From: Candidatus Latescibacterota bacterium
GTDB taxonomy: Bacteria; Latescibacterota; UBA2968; GCA-2709665
Length of the DNA: 64,000 bases
Assembly (NCBI GenBank): GCA_965222075.1
Contig: OZ244937.1
Location: forward strand, 1,888,001 to 1,952,000
Reading direction: 5' to 3'
Position 1 is the first letter of the stretch. Each line of letters opens with the position of its first letter. Below are positions 57,401-64,000 of this stretch, one piece after another. The translations under genes and the position numbers were made by a program. The notes under the pieces were generated by a model. It saw only the letters and a program-made list of their open reading frames with translations, had not been told where the DNA came from and made no database searches.

Positions 57401-58298
57401 GGTGGCTGAACTGCTTGGAAAAGGCGTTGGTCACCCGCAGACGCTCCTCATCGGTAAACACCGGACTCTCTTCAATCAGATCCCAGTAGAGAATCATCAT
57501 GTGGGCGCCGTAGTGATAAGGGCCACTTAATGGCTCGTCCTTGTTCTCAATCCGTTCGTCGTCGGCCTCCGCAACCTCCTCCATCGCGCGGGCATCCGGA
57601 AAAGCCAGACGGATAAACTCCCGGGCGTGGAATTCGTCTCCGGTCATGTAATACATCGCCATCCGCTTGCTGATGCTGTTCCAGCCGAAGTAGCCCCTCG
57701 ATCCGGAACCGGCCGAGGCCTCCCAGATCTCGAACTCCCCCACATCCTCCGGCGCCTCTATCCCCTTGCCAAGCTGGATCTCCATCAACCAGCCCACAGA
57801 CAGCGTTCCATCGCCAGCCTCTGCCTGAGTCAGCTTTTCCCTGAGCACTTCCGTAGCAGAAGCCACACCGGCGCCATCGCTGCCACCTGCGAAAATAACG
57901 TTGTAACCCTCCCCGAAGGGATTGTGTAAAGACCGTACCTCATAGCCCTCCGGGCCGGGATACCGCAAATCCAGCAACGTATGGTACCGGTTGTAGAGTT
58001 CCTCGATGGTCTTATTCGTCGACCGATTGCCTAAAACGATCAGATTGCCTGTAATCGGTACGGCTCCTGCTGGGGAATCATCCGTTGCAATGGGAACTTT
58101 GACACCTGAAAGCTTTTCAATGACCTCCTGTATCTGAGAAGCCTCCTCATCGTAGATGCCGCTGCCGGCAGTCACAATGGTGGCGTTCGGCCCGCTCTGT
58201 TTCACAAGCTCGGTGGTCAGATACAGATCTTTGAGTTCCGTGTACACCGGCGGAATCTGCATGGATTGTCCTGAATCATACATAGTAGTTTTCCTCAT
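54468..58298 (-). CDS. Large multidomain protein with C-terminal FG-GAP/VCBS propeller (copy 2, tandem paralogue)
   Basis: Collinear with copy 1; ATGA-coupled to the upstream gene. Confidence 0.75.
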   Translation of the reverse strand: MRKTTMYDSGQSMQIPPVYTELKDLYLTTELVKQSGPNATIVTAGSGIYDEEASQIQEVIEKLSGVKVPIATDDSPAGAVPITGNLIVLGNRSTNKTIEELYNRYHTLLDLRYPGPEGYEVRSLHNPFGEGYNVIFAGGSDGAGVASATEVLREKLTQAEAGDGTLSVGWLMEIQLGKGIEAPEDVGEFEIWEASAGSGSRGYFGWNSISKRMAMYYMTGDEFHAREFIRLAFPDARAMEEVAEADDERIENKDEPLSGPYHYGAHMMILYWDLIEESPVFTDEERLRVTNAFSKQFSHPQEQGWRRQIYESRAGDRVWSAGDRHGVWSYVSLYCLARYFQRGYSDPFWQKCIDAVKAYFVPLHQPDRVNAAYEHLYWYNTGIAPALSYMLFAGDRGPVENGVLAILLRGQEILISGPEPDKVLVSASIGFLHKAAYLMQDGRYLEYLRRTGIDLDVFRLGQSFWPEAHLKPELPVDLVGKWTIQPMLKPMWQERSSGLPIEGSFLVGSFRSAPDASGDLILIKGWNGAGRHPYHTFAVLELRLDGQTVLEGFLNRVLTRADGMVGPQVAMDAALWHRNVVGQTAVAVGETPKAPFSTWRRTLAQRVGRYALIVDNLAFRADSENMEVEIQWQGNGTWEAMQDGGSVRIEGMERPLGIHMSDPLKTTVEGEVGGMVFMSGSPTRKKVLGKARMVWRDSVRDGEQKIFFSLIASGKGASDVSPGCVRLGDTAAALALPEPAVAVVGEYGGLQGELVVLAQDHLHGVGMKGAALDAPLFTADVPVHVDWDFQRGILEVVSDRDAEICLALGVVSELRIDGEVLRLEGRADGLTSFRIAAGRHIVSGAGPDPEALEKVRGRLNGLLNQGRNERNRLVEIAGHFPRPDVPTLPAVFTTSVGGEVVNLVTILTDGGMRICVAEGEVVHVLTKDGAEVRTLWTDGPIRVLRWWEEHNLLLAGCADEKVIAFDPSTGDRKWVFVSEMDPDVFRAAKTYWFKSAPGHGGIHGLHAGVFLDGKSQAFVGSACTLEIIDENGELVKRVAVFWGPGAVFELIDGPEGSINLLVGRRPADTHSLAVINNRTLDPKPRSFHGVPPGHTYVDAWGCASRNHIFYEDLDGDGQKEVISEIVGTWNHITVWASDGTPLYNVNFGPAKQEVPVLVPPPENVRDLDVADLDGDGKKEILAATSNGMVIALDYQCNKIWARRLPSPPTVLTCVDVEGAPRIVAGCEDGMVVVLDGEGEIVRMDGVTGRPTCIERLNGGVVLATEEGEVKGWKVER

Positions 58299-61114
58299 TC
58301 TGTCTCCAATCTTTGGCTCCGGCGTCCTGGCGACTCAGGATGGTAAAGCTCGAATTCAGAGGCACCAACTGACGCAAAGTCGAATTGCTGGTCTACCGCA
58401 CACAAATATCCGTCCGCGGTTACGACAAGCACCTCAGCAAGCCGGTCCCCGTCGACATCGGCGACTACAGGGGCGCTCAGAGACCGGTCCAGGTCCAGGG
58501 ACCACAACACCTTCCCTCCCTCGCTCTCTCCCTTAATCGCGTATATCCGGGAACCCGCACCAATAAACTCACTTACCCCATCCCCGTCGATGTCGGCTGT
58601 GACAATATCCCCTTTGATATCCACCTCCAGCGTCCATTTCACCCGTCCCGTCTTCGCATCGTAGCACCGCAGTTCGCCCGGGTGAGCAACCCCCAGCTCC
58701 ATCTCTCCGTCCCCATCGACATCGGCCAATCCTCCGTGGTACGTCGCCATCATCTCCGGACCGGGGTCGACCATCCAGAGGGGCTCCCGAGCCAGCGTCA
58801 TCGCACCCCATATCCCGTGGTTGGCAGAGGTCAACTGCTCTCTTTCCCCGTCTTTATTCAGGTCGGTAAGAACAATCGACCCGTAGGCCGTCCACATTCC
58901 ATCTTTGAAAATGGCAGGTGGTGACACCGGATCTTGAAGGAACGCCCCTGTGTTGCCGTTCAGCGTCACACAGAAATCCAGGCTCATCATCAGGATATCG
59001 TCGATGCCATCTCCATCCACGTCGTAAATACTCGGCAATCCGGTGGGACCCAGGCAGTGGTGGTGGTAGAACCCCGTATTCTTGCCGTCGTTGTGCCAGA
59101 GTACGCTCCCATCCCGCCCGTCCAGCGCCCAACTCTCGTTTGATGAGCCCGCTCCACCGAACGGGGTCCAGCGGGTGCAGACGTACACATCCAGCACCCC
59201 ATCCCCGTTAAAATTTCCCACCGTCCACCGGTGGACCGACCGGTACGCGGTCGCAGCAGCCATGCCGGGGACTTCCCATAACCAGCGCACGGTTCCGTCG
59301 CAATTTAACGCAGCCAGCGCGGCATTTCCTGAGCCTGTGCGTGTCCCAACCAGCACCTCCTTCCGACCGTCCCCGTCCAGGTCTGCGGCCAGGACGCCCT
59401 CGCCGCCGCTCCCCGACCAGGAGGTGCCCCAACCCCGGTAGCGCCACCTCCGCTCCAGCGGCTTTTGAGGGTCGCCCGTGGCCTTGAAGGCCTGGACCCA
59501 CCCGTCGCTGGTCTGAATAATGAGTTCGTTCTTCCCATCGCCGTCCAGGTCGGCAACCGTGGGCACCGCTGAGAATCCCCCCCCCGCCGCCCACCGACCT
59601 GAAACCGTGCCGTTTGAGTCGATCACCTGGATATACCCACGGTTATCACCCGCCAGGATCTCCGGCCGGCCGGCCCCATCCAGATCGTTCACTGCCAGGA
59701 CCTTCATCTCCATCTCGGGATCGACCTGCCACGAACGCTTCTCCCGCCAGAGGCCATCTGCGTCCGGACCAACGGCCAAAAAACGCTCCGGTGCGGCATC
59801 TCCGTCATCGTCGATCGCGACCAGCAAGTCCCCCCGGCCATCGCCGTCCCAGTCCGTTATGAAAGGCGCCTTGGGATCGTGCGAACGGGAGCCCATGCCA
59901 ATATCGTACTCCACCCGGGAATCCGCCTCCAGGCGGCACCGGGACCGTCGCCAGCGTTCCTTCCACTCCCCCTCCTCGCAGGAGATCACCACGAAATCCG
60001 AGTACTCCCGGCACGTCAAATGCCTCTGTTCCGAAAGGAGTAGCTCCATCCGCCCATCGCCGTCAACGTCGCACACCGACTCCAGGTAGCTGTTCCTCCG
60101 CTCGAACTTCAGTTCCCCCGTTGTCCCGTCGTAGAGGTGCAACCGCCAGTCCTCGTCGTAGACCGAAATGACAATCTCAATCCGCCCATCGCCGTCAACG
60201 TCGCACACCGACTTTGGAACGAAGTGCAGCAGGTGTCCTGTAAAGGGATACCACCACCCCCAGAACTTGCTCCAGAGCATACGCCCCTGTCCGTTTTCCG
60301 CTTTGATAACCACCAGCTGCAGGGCGATCAGGTCGTCCATCACCACGATTTCATTGAGCCCGTCCCCGTCTACATCCGCGATGCAACACTGCCCGTAGTT
60401 GCGCTGCTTCTGGCCTCCCGCCTCCCATTCAAAGCGAAGCTTCTCATCGCCGTTGCACACGTCCAGGGCCACCACGCCCCCCTGCACGGCCGCGCAGACC
60501 TCATACGCCCCATCGCCGTCTATGTCTCCCACCGTGGACGTAGCGTGAGCCCAGACCCCGCCTTTGTTAAACTCCTTTTCCCAGATAAGCCTTCCCTGCG
60601 CCGCACCGTCTTCAAACGTAAAAAAATGCGCGGAGTTGTACTCCTGGCACTCGGTCACTGCGGCAATCTGAAGCCCCCTGCGACCGGGATCGAGCTTCCC
60701 CACGTGTGTACGCCAGTTCGGGGCCCAGGCCGTGGGCGTGCGCCAGAGGATCGTACCGTCAACGCCGGAGACGACCACAGGCCCGTCCATCACAATCTCT
60801 TTCCGCCCATCCTCGTCCAGATCGACGATGGTTACGATCGTCCCCCCGGCCACGCTCACCCACTTCTCCTTCCCATCGACCGTCGTGGCAATCAACCGCC
60901 CTGCGCCCATACGCAGGACCTCCATTTCTCCATCTCCGTCCACATCCTCGACCACCACGTTCTCCATACGACCCCGGCCGAGATGATAACACCATTTCAC
61001 AACCGGCTGACGGATCTCGCCGGAGGCGGAAGAATGCCCCGAAAGCTGGACATCGTGGCGGGGCATCGGCCATTCACCCACCCTGTTCGGATCTGAAATA
61101 TTCGACGTTTCCAT
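58295..61114 (-). CDS. FG-GAP/VCBS repeat beta-propeller protein
   Basis: More than a dozen DxDGDGxxE motifs; N-terminal 'WPMPRHD.QLSG' typical of PQQ-like propellers. Confidence 0.85.
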   Translation of the reverse strand: METSNISDPNRVGEWPMPRHDVQLSGHSSASGEIRQPVVKWCYHLGRGRMENVVVEDVDGDGEMEVLRMGAGRLIATTVDGKEKWVSVAGGTIVTIVDLDEDGRKEIVMDGPVVVSGVDGTILWRTPTAWAPNWRTHVGKLDPGRRGLQIAAVTECQEYNSAHFFTFEDGAAQGRLIWEKEFNKGGVWAHATSTVGDIDGDGAYEVCAAVQGGVVALDVCNGDEKLRFEWEAGGQKQRNYGQCCIADVDGDGLNEIVVMDDLIALQLVVIKAENGQGRMLWSKFWGWWYPFTGHLLHFVPKSVCDVDGDGRIEIVISVYDEDWRLHLYDGTTGELKFERRNSYLESVCDVDGDGRMELLLSEQRHLTCREYSDFVVISCEEGEWKERWRRSRCRLEADSRVEYDIGMGSRSHDPKAPFITDWDGDGRGDLLVAIDDDGDAAPERFLAVGPDADGLWREKRSWQVDPEMEMKVLAVNDLDGAGRPEILAGDNRGYIQVIDSNGTVSGRWAAGGGFSAVPTVADLDGDGKNELIIQTSDGWVQAFKATGDPQKPLERRWRYRGWGTSWSGSGGEGVLAADLDGDGRKEVLVGTRTGSGNAALAALNCDGTVRWLWEVPGMAAATAYRSVHRWTVGNFNGDGVLDVYVCTRWTPFGGAGSSNESWALDGRDGSVLWHNDGKNTGFYHHHCLGPTGLPSIYDVDGDGIDDILMMSLDFCVTLNGNTGAFLQDPVSPPAIFKDGMWTAYGSIVLTDLNKDGEREQLTSANHGIWGAMTLAREPLWMVDPGPEMMATYHGGLADVDGDGEMELGVAHPGELRCYDAKTGRVKWTLEVDIKGDIVTADIDGDGVSEFIGAGSRIYAIKGESEGGKVLWSLDLDRSLSAPVVADVDGDRLAEVLVVTADGYLCAVDQQFDFASVGASEFELYHPESPGRRSQRLETE

Positions 61115-61168
61115 GCGTCAACTCCTCTTTCTTTTCAGAAATGCCCGAAAGTGATCAACATTCTCCCC

Positions 61169-64000
61169 TCACCTTTCAGACTTAAAAACACCACTTCTGG
61201 TGTAGCCATCTTTCATCTCCTGGGGCAGGGTGCGCCAGATCAGGAAGTGCTTGCGGATCGTGTTGAGGAACCCCCGGTTGATCCGCTGCCACGACGCCAT
61301 ATCTCCGGACAGCCGCTGGATATGGACCTCCACCCCGTAGATGCCGAACTGCCCTGTCGGCGCCGCCACCATGCGCACCCGCTGGCTGATGCCCAGGTCG
61401 TAAGGGGCCAGCCAGGTCATCATCTCGATGGCGTAGACCGGCTCTCCCTCCCGCTTCTGGGCAGCAAACCGCACCCCTTCGGTCATAAACGCTCCGGTGG
61501 ATCCCTCCCCGTAGGAGTCGAATACCTCCGCCAGATAGACGTAAGCCCCGGCCACCTCTGCCCCGGCCACCGTGAAGGGGAAATCGAACAGCCAGTGGTC
61601 TCCATCCGGAGGGGGGAAAACCCACTGCCGCGTGACGTCCGGCACAGCCATTGCCGCGGCCTTCCGGGAGGGGTAGAGCGCCGAGAGCATCACTGTGGCC
61701 ATGACAACCAGTGTGGACGTGACCGCCGACAGCGACGAATAGTTGAGCGTCAACCCCCCCAGCATTCCGGCCAACGACAGAATCATCACCACCACCTGTC
61801 CCACAAGGTAGCCCATCACCGCCCCCACCGTGGCGAACACCGTCGCCTCTGCCAGGAACAGCGCCGACACGTGGGACGGGGCCAGGCCCAGCGATGAGTA
61901 GATGCCGATCTCCGAAAACCGCTCATAGACCGACCCCATCATCGTGTTGAGCACGATCAGCGCTGCAATTGCGATCGGGATGAGGAGGTTGCTCACACCC
62001 TTCAGCGACGTGGCCCCGATGGAGGAATAGACCGCCACCTTCTCCGCCACGCCCACGAACGCCGTCAGCGCCACCCGCGCCATAAACGCCTCGACTTGCG
62101 GGATGAAGTCCTGCTGTTTGAATCGGCCCACGGCCACCGACTGCAGCGACCCTCCCAGGTCCATCGCCGTCCGATACGGCAGCACGGCCACATTCTCCGG
62201 GTCGAGGTGAACAAATGCCTTGATCGGCTCTTTCGCCAGCACCTCTGGGTCCGCCGACTGGACCTGAGCCATTTCGTCCCCCTCCTCCACAGTATCCACC
62301 GGCGTGAGATGCTCATCGTCCAGGTCCTTCAGCGCCCGCATCCGCTCCGAGTCCAGAACCCCCACCACCCGCAGCATCCTGCCGAACAGCCGCACCTGGG
62401 CCCGGCCGACGTCCTCCGATCCAACCCCGAGCAGCTCCGCCATCGTGTCGGGCAGGAGGCAGACCTCCCGCTCCCCCTCCCGGAACCAGCGTCCGGCGCT
62501 CAAACAGCGGTCCACGCCCATGATCTCCGGCTCCCGCCAGGTCAGACCGACCAGCCCGTTGGCGTAGGTCCGATGCCCCTCCCTCTCCACTTCGAAGTAT
62601 GCCTGCCCCTTTCGCACGCCAGGCAGACACCAGGCCCGGGACACAACCGTAGCCTGCTCGCTGAATGCGCTTGAGAGCACATCCAGCGCCGAAGCCTGCA
62701 GCCCCCGCCACCCCCGGTCGCGCACCAGCATCCCCTCATACCCGGGCCGGTTGTCTCTGGGCATCTTGTAGAACTTGAGCGACGTGACCACCGACGTGAA
62801 CGAAAGGACCGTGAACGTCAGCAGGATGAGTGTGACCGCTGTAAGACCCGTGCGCATCGGCCGGTTTCGCAAATTGGAAATGCCCAGCGACATGGCCGCT
62901 GCGACCGCACTCACCCGCCCCACGTCCGCCCGGGGGATCTCTTTGCCCCCGCTCCGCAGGCGGCGCAGCACCTCGCCGAACTTCCCCACCAGCAGGCCCA
63001 ACACCCCGCACGCCAGGGACAGAATGACGAACGCCAGAAAGATGATGTAGGGCGTTGAAGCCAGCTTGAACGCCGGATGCACCCACCTCAGGATTAAAAA
63101 GACCGCAACGAACACCGCAGCAGCACCCAGCAGCCGCTTCCGGATGTCTGCAAAACCCAGCAGCAGCCGCTCCGCAAAGAACGAAAACGGCAGCAGCAGC
63201 GCAAAGTAGAACACGATCCCATGCACCGTGTCGTTGGCCGTGGACTTCACGTCCGGGTAGGCCCGCGCCTCCAGCCCCCACGCCCGCCGCGTCTCCGAGA
63301 TGAACCGGTCGTAGTCCAGCCGCTCTAAGGCGCTCCGGGCGTTCAACAGGGCTCTGCGCGCCTCCCCATGCAGCCCCTCCACCCGCCGGTTCTCCACCCC
63401 GTACCGGGCAAGTTGTTTCAACCGCGCGTCGTTGAGCACCCACATATCCCGCGCTCCCCGATACGAGGGGAACGTGATGACGCCCTCCTCAGCCGGATAA
63501 CCAACCCCCTTTGACCGGGTCACGACATCGTCTGTCACCTTTACAACCGGGTGCAGCAACAGCTCGTCCGGGGCGTTCGTCAGCAGGTACTTGATCCCGA
63601 CAATTCCAGTACTCACAAACAGCTTTGAGCGCTGTCCCGGCGGCACGAACGCCACGGCTGCCAGCGAGACACGAGCTGGAGACCCCACCAGCACCGCTCC
63701 CCCCGACCAGTCGGCCATCGCCCGCCCACCAACGTGCGTCACACCGTAAGACCGCAGGGGCCCGTCGTCCGGGCCAAGGATGGTCATGGCATCCAGGGCG
63801 AACAGGGTCCGGGAGTCGAAGATCTCGAACAGCGTCAGCGCCCGGCACTCAAACAGGACCGCCATGGTCTCCATCTCTTCTGACGTCAGCCGCACCTGGA
63901 GCGGGTACGTCTTGTCCCCATCCTCCCCCAGGTCCGGGGCCATGGCTACCTCCCCATCTTCGCCCAGCCTGTAAGCCACCAGGGTCACCGTACGCGTCCA
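61169..64000 (-). CDS. Large FtsX/MacB-type ABC permease-domain protein (5' part outside window)
   Basis: 'SLGISNLRNRPMRTGLT', 'SVYERFSEIGIYSSLGLAPSH', 'LYPSRKAA', 'WLAPYDLGISQ'. Frame open to 64000. Confidence 0.85.
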   Translation of the reverse strand, partial: WTRTVTLVAYRLGEDGEVAMAPDLGEDGDKTYPLQVRLTSEEMETMAVLFECRALTLFEIFDSRTLFALDAMTILGPDDGPLRSYGVTHVGGRAMADWSGGAVLVGSPARVSLAAVAFVPPGQRSKLFVSTGIVGIKYLLTNAPDELLLHPVVKVTDDVVTRSKGVGYPAEEGVITFPSYRGARDMWVLNDARLKQLARYGVENRRVEGLHGEARRALLNARSALERLDYDRFISETRRAWGLEARAYPDVKSTANDTVHGIVFYFALLLPFSFFAERLLLGFADIRKRLLGAAAVFVAVFLILRWVHPAFKLASTPYIIFLAFVILSLACGVLGLLVGKFGEVLRRLRSGGKEIPRADVGRVSAVAAAMSLGISNLRNRPMRTGLTAVTLILLTFTVLSFTSVVTSLKFYKMPRDNRPGYEGMLVRDRGWRGLQASALDVLSSAFSEQATVVSRAWCLPGVRKGQAYFEVEREGHRTYANGLVGLTWREPEIMGVDRCLSAGRWFREGEREVCLLPDTMAELLGVGSEDVGRAQVRLFGRMLRVVGVLDSERMRALKDLDDEHLTPVDTVEEGDEMAQVQSADPEVLAKEPIKAFVHLDPENVAVLPYRTAMDLGGSLQSVAVGRFKQQDFIPQVEAFMARVALTAFVGVAEKVAVYSSIGATSLKGVSNLLIPIAIAALIVLNTMMGSVYERFSEIGIYSSLGLAPSHVSALFLAEATVFATVGAVMGYLVGQVVVMILSLAGMLGGLTLNYSSLSAVTSTLVVMATVMLSALYPSRKAAAMAVPDVTRQWVFPPPDGDHWLFDFPFTVAGAEVAGAYVYLAEVFDSYGEGSTGAFMTEGVRFAAQKREGEPVYAIEMMTWLAPYDLGISQRVRMVAAPTGQFGIYGVEVHIQRLSGDMASWQRINRGFLNTIRKHFLIWRTLPQEMKDGYTRSGVFKSER

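Noticed and set aside
52986-57530. Long plus-strand ORFs (411 and 533 aa)
   Set aside because: Antisense to the large FG-GAP paralogues; no RBS or domain signal.
60048-60213. 34-nt direct repeat as a mini-CRISPR
   Set aside because: Only two copies, a 98-nt spacer, and it lies in frame within a repeat protein.

Overview
GC-rich, gene-dense bacterial window, mostly coded on the minus strand. The gene mix (DUF6785/6784-type membrane proteins, a large FtsX-type permease, paired EF-hand dockerin-like tails, HprK, PAC2, many catabolic paralogues) suggests a Latescibacterota-like diderm; this is an inference. In order: (1) an NMT1/THI5-type ABC transporter with a LecA-like gene in front and a convergent ATPase; (2) a sigma-54 module: histidine kinase, NtrC-family activator, exported coiled-coil protein and beta-barrel, then a consensus -24/-12 promoter with nested palindromic enhancer-like sites upstream of a VIT/vWA-dockerin protein; (3) a TonB-like gene with a divergent C-terminal domain; (4) a porin + 14-heme cytochrome + atypical-motif diheme lipoprotein operon (candidate porin-cytochrome conduit) behind a long structured leader; (5) a ~17 kb catabolic region with tandem paralogues; (6) a truncated RHH regulator and its promoter coupled to an enolase-superfamily gene; (7) lysC, hprK and a pair of CPA-like membrane proteins; (8) three large FG-GAP/propeller proteins and a truncated FtsX-type permease. 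No rRNA, tRNA, CRISPR array or transposase was recognised. Family assignments come from motif recognition by eye, not database searches.
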